Below are positions 26,001-37,345 of a DNA stretch of 64,000 bases, one piece after another; the first letter of the stretch is position 1, and every line of letters begins with the position of its first letter. The stretch covers positions 31,930,001-31,994,000 of the forward strand of contig NW_026889750.1 of the NCBI RefSeq assembly GCF_033153115.1, given 5' to 3'. The notes beneath the pieces were generated by a model. The model was given only the letters and a program-made list of their open reading frames with translations. It ran no database searches and was not told the origin of the DNA. Source of the DNA: Saccostrea echinata. Lineage: Eukaryota. The position numbers were made by a program, and so were the translations under genes.

Positions 26001-29000
26001 CAACAACTTACAGGAGATGATGGACGCCCAGTTCTCAGATGTTGAGGAGGAGGAGGACCCAGTACCTCAACTTCCCGAGGTAAGGTTTTCTTGTATGAAT
26101 TATGTATTACAAAAATACAGCAGATTCATCCAGTTATACCAATATTAAATCATGATTTTTAAATGCAAATTAATAAAATGATCTATGAATTTTTTTTTTA
26201 GTTCAAAATTTTTTTCACATTTTGTTTTGTAGAATGAACCAGACAGAAGATTATCCTCACCCCAGGCACCCCATGTCGGTATGAATTATTAATTTTGTAT
26301 AATCAATTAAATAAGCAGATTTACAGAGGGTTCTTGTATGTAGGGGTGCAGCGATACACTAACCTCACGATACGATACGTATCACGGTATTCAGTTCACG
26401 ATACGATACATATCATGATACATAACAAGGTTAAAAAGTCTTTCAAGTTTTTCATCATATTTTTTTTTAAACTTGACAGGGTTATACAAAATATTCATAT
26501 TTTTTAATAATAATTAAAATAACATTTTGTTAACTTGAATTGGATTGTTAGGTAGATCTTTGAGTTGTGTCAACATTCTAAACCAATGATGAACATTTAC
26601 AGGGACCACGGGGACCTTTCCTAATAATCTTCCTTTTAAATTGGAATGAAAAAGGAAGACATTCTTTTATTCCTTTTATTTATGTAGAAAACCAGTTGTC
26701 ATATTTCTCGTGTTAATACGTTTCAGTCAACAAGACAGCGAATTTTCATCGAAATACACACGTGATGGAATATCGTGTATTACCAAAGAATACGTTGAGA
26801 TCTAAAGGGTTTATCATTTGTCTTAACATCTATAACTCATAATCACATTAAGTCCCTCTCCGTGTTAAATCTGAGGTCTGTAAGATGCTGGAGATGAGTT
26901 TAACTGCCGTAAATGCGTTATCGGCGACCTCACGTTTTGCGCAGAAGCCATTTTGAAATAGTAAAGAAGGAAATAGAACGGACAAAGTGGATAATTTTGG
27001 ACCGATTGAACCAAACCGTGATATCAATTTAGCGTGTCGTGAATTGAACCCTGGAAAAATATACCGCGATATACCGTCAAACGGTTTATCGTTGCACCCT
27101 TACTTGTATGTCACCTATAGTGTATCCAAGGGCAAACATCTATAATGAATTTCACAGAGGCAAATTATTGTAGGCACTGCTATATAAAATTAAACATTAA
27201 CAAGCAGTGTATGAGGAATAAAATAAAACTGCAACAATTAATAGAGTAGGTTCAAACTTTGCTTCAAATATTATAAAATGTACGGTACACAAAATGAATA
27301 ATTTACAGTGCAGATAACTTTTGTGACTTAAAAAAACTTATTGTATTTGTAAGAGAGGATAACATTCAGTGACCAAAACCTGAAATACATGTTTTGTGTA
27401 AGAACAAAATATTACAACTTAATCTCACTATTGTGATAAATGCACAGTTGTACTTCTGGTGTGTTATTAGAATCCATAGTATAGATGATCAGAGTGAATA
27501 TCTTTTGGGAGTCGGGTTTTCTTTTATGCAGCTTTCCATAAACAATCTGAGCAGACAGTCCCCTCCCCTCAGCCTGTGAATTTAGAGGAGGAGAAGGGAG
27601 GAGAGGAGACAAAATCGACCCCACCCATCTTCATTTTGTCAGGCTTGTCTAAAGAGGTATGTTTCTATTTGTTCACTACTTTTGAAAAAAGTGCAGGTTG
27701 ACATGTTGCAATTTTTTTTGGAATATTAAAACTTCAGTGTGTTTATATTGCATTTTCACTTCTTGAAGGAAAGAGATGATTATGGAGTTTTAGTAGAGAG
27801 CCTTGGTGGCAAAATGTTGGATGGACAAAATTTTGACCCATCCTGTACCCATTTGGTTACTGGTGAGTAACAAAAAGTACAATGTATTTCAAAATTGTTA
27901 CTTGTGTGCATGATTTTTTTTTGTTTTGATTTCTTGAGAAATTTAAAATGCATAAAGATTTAAATACATTTATAAATTATTTTAAAAACTAGTTTTCATG
28001 TAAGAAATGAGTGACATTTCTGAATTTTGCAGGTGTTCCGGCAAGAAATGAGAAATTCCTAGCCTGTGTTGCCTCTGGAAAGTGGGTTTTACACAAGTCC
28101 TACTTTGAGGCTTGTAGACAAGAGGGCAAGTTTGTACAGGTGGGACATCATCTAATTGTAATATACAAAATGTATTGGAGAAAAAGAAACCACAGTTGAA
28201 CTTTGTTATCTCAAACACTGATCTCATGTACATGTATACCAGAGATAAGTTGGAAGTGATTTAGTAGTCCCAACCACTTTTTATCTTTTTTTTTTAAAAC
28301 CTTTTTATCTCAAATCTTCACAGATATCTCGAAGTTTAATCTCAGTCCCGTCAAGTTTGAGATGATGAGGTTTGACTGTACTTGTTTACTTTTTCCTTGA
28401 TTAAATAATCTGACATTAACATAAGTCAAATTCATAAACCTCTTTTTCATCAGTGTTGTAAATGTATATGTATATAGTATAACATATGGTGTAGCTGGAG
28501 TTTTTACATTCACCTCTGTTTTCTGTTGACAGGAGGATTTCTATGAATGGGGTGGAGATGGAACAGCCAGCTTGCTTGGAAAGATGAATCCAGCAGTTAG
28601 AAAGCTCTGTGAAGCTGCCCATCGATGGAGGCTAATGATCAATTCCCCCTCACAGGTTACAGTCCTCTGTTTTTACTTCTTTGTTCTCTGTTTTTATACT
28701 GTAACTTTAGATAGTGTTTCATCTTACAAAATTAAGAAAAATGAAAGTATCTACACTATTGATGTCAATGAGTATTTGAGTACCGGTACTCTACCACTGT
28801 TCTGTAATATGACTATCAACCAAGTATTTTTCAGTTGGTTATCATTAAGTATGAGTTATTTAATAGTAATTCTTAATTCAAGTTCATAAATTGAAAGAAT
28901 TTTCTGGAGTAGAAATGAGCCATTGTATTTAATTTAATTGTATTAGGTAAAATATGAAGTTAAAGAAAATTGAATTTAAACTAGTATGAGAAAAAATATT

Positions 29001-29734
29001 GAGTACTTGACTATCACTCAACTAAACCCCTAATTATCCCTTTACACTATACCTGTGAAATTGACATCCCTTTATATCTACGCAGATAGTTTAAGGACAA
29101 TTTTCTCAATGCTAGTTCTCCTTTATTCACTAGTCTTGTATTGGAGCCTTCAGTGACTGGAAAGTGGTGCTGTGTACCGACCGTAAGAAGGAAGACAACT
29201 TCCGTAGACTTCTAGAAGCAGGGGGAGCCACTGTTCTTACCATTAAACCACCCTTTCATAAACCTGTGTCAGCCAGTCATGCATTTTTAGAACTGAACAA
29301 AGTGGAAATGTCGGAGGATGATATTTCTACCCTGGTGAGGTCAGGGGTCATATGTATAAAACCCGATTTTATTGCATCTCACCTCACCAACAGTCCACCA
29401 CCAAATCCAGAAGATTTTTGTCCATCAGAGGTCAGAACGCTCTTAAAGAGGTAACTTATTTTTTGGTCTTTGCTTAGAATGATGAATATTCAGTGTTTTT
29501 TAATAGACCATAACTTTCCTTTGGATACATAATGGAAATATTAGTTTGAATAAAAACATTATTAGATTTTATGTAAACTTTTAGAAAAGTTCATGTATTT
29601 GATTGAGATCATATGATGAAATGGTAATAGTACTGAACAGATAAAGGCAGGTTTTTATTTTATTTTTCAACAGTCTCTCTGGAAAGAGGAAACTCTCTTC
29701 ATCAGATGACACTCGTAAAAGACCAAGAAGATGA
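6741..29734 (+). CDS. TOPBP1: DNA topoisomerase II-binding protein 1 (multi-BRCT scaffold, ATR activator), 38 coding exons, about 1647 aa
   Basis: Frame-consistent GT-AG exons: 6741-6833, 6992-7134, 7257-7302, 9521-9607, 10242-10349, 10635-10708, 10860-10987, 11188-11253, 11413-11592, 11911-12095, 12257-12330, 12458-12547, 12799-12921, 13173-13303, 13446-13541, 13671-13775, 13924-14033, 14381-14493, 16824-16883, 18205-18333, 18693-19296, 19500-19613, 20325-20402, 20537-20650, 21598-21744, 22001-22084, 22706-22774, 24328-24609, 25015-25100, 25539-25567, 25757-26079, 26233-26278, 27532-27656, 27769-27862, 28033-28139, 28533-28655, 29134-29450, 29674-29734 (sum 4944 nt). Diagnostic peptides: [45 protein letters not shown]...[16 protein letters not shown]...STHL...[17 protein letters not shown]...[40 protein letters not shown]-terminal KRK...KRPRR. 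Confidence 0.97.
7895..8641. mobile_element. hAT-like non-autonomous element with 6-bp TSD (TOPBP1 intron)
   Basis: ccatat|caggggtagacaaa ... tttgtctagccctg|ccatat. Confidence 0.7.
8688..8982 (-). mobile_element. Degenerate HINE-type element, family C
   Basis: Same ends and (gaca)n microsatellite as 20978-21429. Confidence 0.65.
9362..9505 (+). repeat. 48-bp tandem repeat x3 immediately upstream of TOPBP1 coding exon 4
   Basis: gttcat(t/g)aaggagg recurs at 9373, 9421 and 9469. Confidence 0.9.
15367..16260 (+). mobile_element. HINE-type element family B carrying 166-bp satellite-like units (about 4)
   Basis: ttttagctcacctgagc...gctcaagtgagc 5' end, (gtct)n, internal repeats, 3' ctcaggtgagc plus hairpin ggcccatgggcc. 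Confidence 0.88.
16937..18069 (+). mobile_element. Tc1/mariner-pogo superfamily non-autonomous element
   Basis: TA|ccgtatatactcgcctataagtcgg ... ccgacttataggcgagtatatacag|TA. An internal remnant at 17639 ([10 protein letters not shown]...EFK) resembles a pogo transposase N-terminus. Confidence 0.85.
20978..21429 (-). mobile_element. HINE-type element family C
   Basis: subTIR agtcccctaccgg / ccggtaggggact, hairpin gtattgcattagcaatac, (gac[ag])n microsatellite, two internal repeat units. Confidence 0.8.
22852..24320 (+). mobile_element. HINE-type element family B with about 7 tandem 166-bp satellite monomers
   Basis: gattcaa anchor at 23179, 23345, 23511, 23677, 23843, 24012 and 24177; same termini as 15367-16260. 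Confidence 0.92.
24691..24880. mobile_element. Mariner-type MITE
   Basis: ta|ctgtaaaccaact ... agttggtttacag; a similar degenerate MITE is at about 18447-18662. Confidence 0.65.
26341..27102. mobile_element. hAT non-autonomous element
   Basis: 8-bp TSD cttgtatg on both sides, TIR taggggtgca/tgcaccctta, cgata subterminal repeats. Confidence 0.9.
28193..28378. mobile_element. Tigger/pogo-like MITE
   Basis: cagttgaactttgttatctcaaac ... gtttgagatgatgaggtttgactg|ta imperfect TIRs. Confidence 0.55.
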
Positions 29735-30043
29735 TGAGCGATAATTCATTATTTTTCACAATCATGAAAAGATTATAGAAATGTGACTGTTCTGATATTG
29801 AATGTATTTTTAAATCCTGAAAAAAGTGCTGGTGATAGCTACTGTGTAGAAATAGATAGAATAATAAGTAATGAAAAGAATGTCTGAAGCATTTTAAGAT
29901 GAGCATGCATGAAGATCGATGTCCAGTCAATAGTATCTCCATATCAACAGTTTTGTGTTTGATTTTTTAATGATTTGAATATCTATGAAGAAATTGTGTT
30001 CATATATCTGCATAGGAAAGTCTACTATGAATCTATTCTGATG

Positions 30044-30049
30044 AATAAA
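30044..30049 (+). terminator. Candidate TOPBP1 polyadenylation signal
   Basis: AATAAA about 310 nt after the stop; further A(A/T)TAAA at about 30077-30085. Confidence 0.45.
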
Positions 30050-30302
30050 ATAATGATATTTTATGTGTTCTTAAGATTAAATAAAATAAGAGGAAAATGT
30101 TGAAGCTCTTTTTATGCTCTTGCCTTGAAATGTCCAGGGAACATAGTAATACCCCCTTTTCTTCCTTTATTCAGTTCATTCCGTCTTCTGTCAAAGTTAG
30201 TTTTCCAGACTTTTTTCACTGTGCATAAAGATAATGAGTGCCTACTACAGATCAATTACCACAATATTACAAAAGTTATATCCTTTATATATCTTACATA
30301 TA

Positions 30303-31638
30303 CTGAAACGCAAAAGAAACGCAACAAGCAGTAATCTACAAATATTTGAATTTTTTATGCCCCGCCATGAATATGGCCGGGGCATATAGTGTTTGTCATG
30401 TCCGTCTTCCGTCCTTCCATCTGTCCTTCCGTCACACTTTGCGTTTAGCTCTGTTCAAAGCTCAGTTTCAAAGAAACTATCCGAGATGTTTTTATCAAAC
30501 TTCATATGCTGATAGATATTGATGAGAGCTATGCAACTGCATCAACATTTTTTGGCCCTGACCTTTCCTTTGACCTTGACCTCACTTTTCTTAAATTAGT
30601 GTTAAGCCCAGTTTTAAAGAAACCATTCATAATATTTTTATCAAACTTCTTATGCTAATACATACTGATGTAACCTTTTCAACTGCATCAACAATTTTTG
30701 ACCTTGACCTCACTTCTTAAATTTGTGTCAAACTTCATATGCTGATACGTACAAATGTAAGCTATTCAACTGCATCAATATTTTTTCAACTTGACCTTTC
30801 CTTTGACCTTGACCTCACTTTTCTCAATTTGTGTTAAAATGTTGCATTACTGATATACCCTCGGCGGGGCATTCATGTCCTATGGACATATTTTTAGTTA
30901 TGTAATGATTTTCAAAAATGAATACAGTAAGGTAAAACTCGATTTAAAAACATCAGAGATTTGATAAAAATGTTAAATGATTATCTTTTAACTTTAGAAA
31001 GTAACACATGACTGTTAAAACAGCCCCCACCCCGGCCATTCAATTATTGCGTGCAAGACTGTCATGCACAAAAGTTGCAGCTTGATTTCTACGATGCAGT
31101 AGGTTCATCAATCTCGAGATCTGAGCGAAAGAAATATTGATGATGAGGTCGAATTTTCTCTAGCCAAGCGGATTGTAGTACTGTAACCCTTGGGCTTCCG
31201 GTCCAAGGAATGTCATTCATGCTAATTATTGGAGCGTGATGTGGATCATGTTTGCATCTGCAACTCGCCATCATCTTTATTTTGATATTTTCCAGCTGGA
31301 GCAATGGAAATGCGTACTTATGTCATTTCCTGAAGGAAGCCTTGGCATCGCTTACGGAAAAGAAAGGAGAATTTATTTTTCGGAACATTGCTGCATTACT
31401 TATGATGAACAGATACAAATCATTAAAACCCCATATTATTGCCAAATGTTTTATTAAACATGCAATTTTTGATTTCTGTTAAACGGACTCAAACTTAACT
31501 TCCGGTAATGGTATGAAAATCATTCAACAGTTAAATTACCGATATTTACTAAGCTGAAGATGTTCTTACTCTTTAGATACAAAATTATATCCTATATGTA
31601 ATATCCCCCCCCCAAAAAAAATAGGATTTTGCGTTTCA

Positions 31639-31639
<1 letters not shown>
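30303..31639 (-). mobile_element. Degenerate Tc1-like element hosting a HINE insertion
   Basis: ta|ctgaaacgcaaaa ... ttttgcgtttcag|ta. Minus-strand remnant NDIPWTGSPRVT (about 31183-31218) resembles the Tc1 GRPR AT-hook region. Confidence 0.7.
30353..30899 (+). mobile_element. HINE-type element family A copy 2 (3 internal units)
   Basis: Near-identical to 2451-3170 with one unit fewer. Confidence 0.88.

Positions 31640-31710
<71 letters not shown>
31640..31710. repeat. (TA)n microsatellite
   Basis: About 35 TA units; resumes after 32926. Confidence 0.97.
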
Positions 31711-31713
<3 letters not shown>

Positions 31714-32926
31714 GGATGTCAACGAATATTCGAGTACTCGACTATCGTTCGATCATACCGACTATCGAGTAAAACTTCTTTAGTCGGTTATTCGTTAAAA
31801 ATGTGTTACCTGAGAGTAATTTTAAATTCAAGGTAATAAACTTGGATTCGCCCATTTCATTTATATACAGATCATTGTTCTTGTAAGTAAAACTCAGGGT
31901 ATGGTTTAACTGTTCAAAGGAAATTATTTGTATGTCGATTTATGTGCGGCAAATATGCCTTAAAAAATCTACAGTTTTTGGAATACTTTAAAGGATTTTA
32001 GGATGGAAAAACAATTAAAAGTACTTTTTCAAGGTTATGTGAAACTGAACTTGTATTCTGCAGTGGAACATCAAATATGATGTATCATATGCAGAATCCG
32101 TCAAACGTACATATAGTAAACACAATCTTCAACTGAAACTTTTCTTAGGTAAGTTCTCCGCAAAATGCCCAAAAAAGCAGAGCCGGAAAGAAAAATGTTG
32201 CTATCACAAACATGATTATCAAGGATTGTCTACCACTTATTGTTGTAAATGGAGAGGACGTTCAAGAATTGTTTGGTTTTGTATATTCAAATTATAAAGT
32301 TTCAACCTGCAATTCCATAAGATCTGACGTAATGCAACTATTCATAAAGAATAATTAAACAGCTGTTACAAAATTGTAAAGACATGTAAATTGGGGGACA
32401 GTTATGAGCGTAATTAAATGGTGTTTCTTTCTGATATCAATATCATGCAGTCATTTTAAGATTGTATTGATTGTGTGCACAAAATCTCATAACTAAAATT
32501 AATCGCAAGCTCTCTCTGTTTTTATGAGGCACGCTTTAATTGTTTACCAGTCACAGGTCTGTCACGACACATAGAAATGGCTTCAGTTAATGGGTACATG
32601 TACTATCGTTATGAAAAGAAAGGACAAATGCAAGCGTTTGATATCCTGCATTTAGATAAAATGTGCAGAAAATATTATATTAATTTTGAAATCAAATACA
32701 TTGGATAAATGTAGATGTACAGTATTTATTGTACACTGTACTACGACTCAGAAATTCGTTGTATAATGGTGATAGCGTAGGTTTAATATTGTACAACTAG
32801 TCTATAAAAGACAAATAGTGAAAATGACATGAAAAATTAATTTAAATTTCAACGAATATTCGACTATCGTTCGACTAAAGCCTCCTACTATTCGACTAAG
32901 CTGTTCGAATAAAATTGATATCCCTA
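31711..32926 (+). mobile_element. hAT (Ac/ZBED-type) deletion derivative inserted in (TA)n
   Basis: tagggatgtcaa ... ttgatatcccta TIR. Transposase remnants: CETELVFCSGTSNMMYHM (BED finger, about 32038) and ITNMIIKDCLPLIVVNGEDVQELF (about 32203). Confidence 0.85.
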
Positions 32927-33319
32927 ATATATATATATATATATAGATTTATATCCTTTGAAAATGTCCGTAAAACCTAGCTGTCCTGTCATCTGCCAAA
33001 TTGGGCATTAAACAACAAGGATCAGTCATTGTTATTCACAGGATAAGAGATGCAACCCAACTCAGAATATCCTATTATATACATGTATACATATACATGT
33101 ATAGTTTTGAATCTGCATGTACACTTATGAAGAGAATAGTCAGCAAATGAAAATCAAAAAATAAACCAAGGTTCATAATCTACTACATTACTGGCAACCA
33201 ATTCTTATTTTTGACCTTGTATACATATAAACTTACACAGATACCTATTTGTTGTGAGCCTTGACTTTAATAATTATTGTTCATTTCACGTTTACCCTAA
33301 TGTTAAAGAAACTGTTTGA

Positions 33320-33666
33320 TTGATTGATTGTATGTTGTTTTACGTCCCGTTCGAGGATTTTTCACTCATATAGAGACGTTACCGTATACCTGCGAAGGGC
33401 TTCAAAATTTAGATCTTTACTCGGCACTCAGGGCCATTGAGCAGTGAGAGTTCTTTATCGTACCAATGCCTACCGTGACACGGGGCCTCGGTTTTTTAGG
33501 TCTCATCCGAAGGAGCCGCAACTTTCACTTCAAAGTGCCGAGCGCTTGGCGAAGGAACAGTTGCTACCTATTTTTTTATTGACTTAGGTCAGTCGCGGCC
33601 GTGCTTCGAACACACGACCTTCCGATCACGGAGCGAGCGCTCTACCGACGGAGCTACCGTGACGGC
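33320..33666 (-). mobile_element. tRNA-derived SINE
   Basis: 13-bp TSD agaaactgtttga, head with A box tagctccgtcgg and B box gttcgaagc, 3' tail gggacgtaaaacaacatac(aatc)n. Confidence 0.92.
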
Positions 33667-33959
33667 AGAAACTGTTTGAGATACTTTCATTAAATTTCAT
33701 TTAAAAATGCAGATTTGCAAGAGTTGTTCAACTGTGCCAGTATTTTCTTTGACCTTCCATCTGACCTTGACTTTCCCCCTCATTACTTCAAACAACTTCA
33801 TACAAAGATAAATCTCTGTAATATCATTTCAACCTACCGGTAACCTACAAAGTTAATAGAAAGAGAAATTCAATGATACCCACTTTCTCCCCCATCGAGG
33901 TTGAACTCTCGACCTGCGAAACCTGTCTCCTAGCAGTGTTGGAACAGCTTGGTAGACCA

Positions 33960-34093
33960 NNNNNNNNNNNNNNNNNNNNNNNNNNNNNNNNNNNNNNNNN
34001 NNNNNNNNNNNNNNNNNNNNNNNNNNNNNNNNNNNNNNNNNNNNNNNNNNNNNNNNNNNNNNNNNNNNNNNNNNNNNNNNNNNNNNNNNNNNN
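33960..34093. other. Assembly gap (N run)
   Basis: Run of n. Confidence 0.99.
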
Positions 34094-34176
34094 AACGCTA
34101 CGTACATGCTACAAAAACATCTGACCTGAAAGTGTTTAATATGAATGAATTAAGTTTATTATTTCTTTCATCATAA

Positions 34177-34748
34177 TTTTTAGCTCCACTGGTCAGAGAC
34201 CAGAAGAGCTTATGCGATAGTAAGGTGTCCGTCTGTCTGTAAACAATTTTTCAAAAACGCTACTTCTCTACAGTTTTGGTCCGATTTCAATATAACTTGT
34301 CACACAAGTAGACTACAGTAAGATACATAATTTTATATATCGGTTTCTGATTTCGATGAACGGTGTTGCAATGGTTGCTAAAAATAGAAATTTCTGTGAA
34401 ATACTTTCAAAATGCTACTCCTCCTTCTACAGTTTTGGTCTGATTTTCATATAGCATGGTTTACAAGTAGACTACACTGATACATAATTGTCTTTATCAT
34501 TTTTTTTATTCTGGTGAATGATGTTGCCATCTTAACTAAAATCGAACTTTTTCTGTAAAATTCTTTAAAAAAGGCTACTCCTCCTACAGTTTTAGTCTGA
34601 TTGCAACCTTGTCACAAAAAGAGACTAAATTATGGTTCATTATTTTATTTATGGCTGTTGCAAAGTTTCAAGTCCATGTGCTACTTTTCTCTTCCTTTGT
34701 TATAAGTATAAACCAGTAGAGCTACAGTCTCGACAGAGACTTCTGGTT
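34177..34748 (+). mobile_element. HINE-type element family E
   Basis: ttttagctccactggt 5' end, (gtct)n, 3 diverged internal units, 3' accagtagagcta plus hairpin agtctc..gagact. A similar 3' end is at about 53375-53414. Confidence 0.7.
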
Positions 34749-34841
34749 TTATTAGCTCAGACAAAAAAACAAGATACATATTCATCTTGCAAAGCAAAGT
34801 ATTTGGCGGGAAATATTAGCTTTAAGGTAAAATAACACAAC

Positions 34842-36091
34842 TTTTTATGCCCCCGTATCGAAGATTCGGGGGGTATATAGTTTTTGCCCTGTCCATCCGT
34901 CTGTTTGTCCGCAAAAACTTTAACCTTGCCCATAACTTTTGATTGGTTGGAGCTATGGTTTTCATATTTCACATGTGACAAGACCTTTCTTTGAGTACCA
35001 CCATATTTGACCTTGACCTTGGAGTTTGACCCAGTTTTGCAAAATTTTACCAAACTTTAACCTTGGCCATAACTTTTGAGCAATTGATGCTAGGGCTTTC
35101 ATACTTCACATGTGTAATCTTTGTGACAAGACCTTCCTTTGGAACCAACAACTTTGACCTTTTGACCTTGACCTAGGAGGTTGACCTACTTTTGAATAAC
35201 TTTAACCTTGGCCATAACTTTTAAACGGTTGGTGATAGGGCTTTCATACTTCACATGTATAATCCTTGTGACAAGACCTTCCTTTGGATACCAACAACTT
35301 TGACCCTTTGACTTTGACCTTGGACTTTGACCTACTTTTGGAAAACTTTAACCTTGGCCATAACTTTTGAACAGTTTGTGCTAGGGCTTTCATATTTCAC
35401 ATGTGTAATCCTTGTGACAAGACCTTCCTTTGGATACCAACAACTTTGACCCTTTGACCTTGGAATCTGATCTACTTTTGGAAAACTTTAACCTTGCCAT
35501 AACTTTTGAACAATTGGTGCTAGGGCTTTCATATTTCATATGTGTAATCCTTGTGAAAAGGCATTCCTTTGGATACCAACAACTTTGACCCTTTGACTTT
35601 GACCTTGGAGTTTGACCTACTTTTGGAAACTTTAACCTTGGCTATAACTTTTGAATGGTTGGTGCAAGGGCTTTCATACTTCAGATATGTAATCCTTGTG
35701 AGAAGACTTTTTTTTTTGGATACCAACAACTTTGACCCTTTGACTTTGACCTTGGAGTTTGACCTACTTTTGGAAAACTTTAACCTTGGTCATAACTTTT
35801 GAACGATTGGTGCCTCTGCTTTCATATTTCACCTGTGTATTTCTTGGGAGAAGGCCTTTCCTTTGGCACCATTAAAAATGACCATTTGACCTTGATGTTT
35901 GACTTACTTTTGAAAAACTTTAACCTTTTCCATATTTTTTCAATGGTTACTTCTAGGGCTTTCATATAGGTATATTCCTCGGGACAAGACCTTACTTTGG
36001 GTACCAACATATTTGATTTGCATTTGAGAAAGTTTAACCTTTGCTATAAGTTGCCATACGGGGGCATCAGTGTTTCACAAACACATCTTGT
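34842..36091 (+). mobile_element. HINE-type element family D copy 1 (about 8 units of about 145 bp)
   Basis: ttttatgcccccgtatcgaagattcgggg 5' end, tandem aactttaaccttggccataacttt units, 3' acgggggcat plus hairpin gtgtttcacaaacac. Confidence 0.9.
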
Positions 36092-36408
36092 CCTTGTTTT
36101 TTCAGAAATCAGCAATATTTCTCATAGATTTATATTCAAATACGTAACCTGAATAAGGTTTGCGGTGTCAACTAGGATAATTTTGTAAGATTTTGTCACA
36201 ATGTAAAAACTATGTGCAGAATTTTGTATAGAATTATATAGAAACCAAAACAAAGTCACCTATTTTAGCACCAAAGAACACTTACGATTTCTTTATGTTT
36301 TAGAGATTCATTATTCATGTCATTTCTATTCAAAATCAGTCAAAAAATATATATCAATCCATTTGGATTTCACCTGCATCAATTTTTGTTTGTGTTATGT
36401 ATCCTTAA

Positions 36409-36721
36409 GGACAGACGATACAAACTTTATCAAAAATTTTGAAAATAACAACTTTAGTCATGTTTATATAAGTAAAAAGAATAAGTTTAACCGAATAGAT
36501 TTTAATTTTTCATTCACATCTTAACAATAATGGGATTTTAAGTAATAAAAACTTGAATAGAATAAGAATGGTTGCAGACAAGTAGAATTTTAAACACCGT
36601 AGAAAGTTTACAAATTCTTAATAATTTAGAAATTTATTATTCGCATCATTTACAACCAAAATAGGACCAAAAATATATACCAATCCAGGTATCTTTTTTC
36701 TTCTGTTTGTATCATTTGTCC
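36409..36721. mobile_element. TTAA-type (Kolobok-like) MITE
   Basis: ttaa|ggacagacgatacaaac ... gtttgtatcatttgtcc|ttca. Confidence 0.55.
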
Positions 36722-37345
36722 TTCATTAAAGTTTAAATCTGAGCCACACTTCAATCTGCATATACTTTATTTATTTCCAGACAAACAAACAGACATGTTT
36801 ATAACAGAATTCATCGAGGAGAAACACGAAATGTCCTTGTCTAGTAAAATAAATAACCTTGAATTTTTAAAAGAGAATATTGTAAACATCAAAACCGCAA
36901 ATTTTGTCACGTTAAATACCGGTAGTTTTTTTCTCTTTTCTCGTTTACTCACAGAGAGACTGTTTTGTGATAATTCTACTTGTGATTTCCTAGGTTGGGG
37001 TAAACAACCCTCCTTTGGATCAAATAACTTTAAAACGTGTATTTTTAATGCCACTACCATGTAATGGAGCACGTATTATTATGTGTTATTTACAGGTTTA
37101 ACATTGAAATTTGTAAACAGGAAGTTTATGCATAAACATATAAAAGGGGTTTTTTTAAGTAATCATTATATAATGGAACATACTATGTATGCTGCATCAT
37201 CATGTAAATTTCAACAGCTGGACATTTATTTCGTACATGCAAAGCATTATTTGTAGAAGTTGTCGTGTCCAACTGACATTTTATTTATCCTTGCGAAACT
37301 TCAAAGTGAAATAAGTTGAAGAATATTTCGAGACATTTTTAGGAG

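Noticed and set aside
29164-29454. ORF-track stop as the true TOPBP1 end
   Set aside because: The stop overlaps a splice donor, and a downstream exon supplies the conserved NLS
33595-33666. tRNA gene-like sequence
   Set aside because: It is the head of a SINE with body, tail and 13-bp TSD, and has no proper acceptor stem
33875-33959. tRNA/SINE head-like sequence beside the gap
   Set aside because: Only a weak B-box and truncated by Ns, so it cannot be supported
34801-34814. Perfect E2F site tttggcgggaaa
   Set aside because: Isolated between two TEs, far from the TOPBP1 start and with no promoter context
34757-36010. Short ORFs in satellite-bearing elements (also 22854-23123, 40371-40930, 49236-49637, 51574-51933)
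   Set aside because: Translations of non-coding HINE monomers with no Rep/helicase motifs
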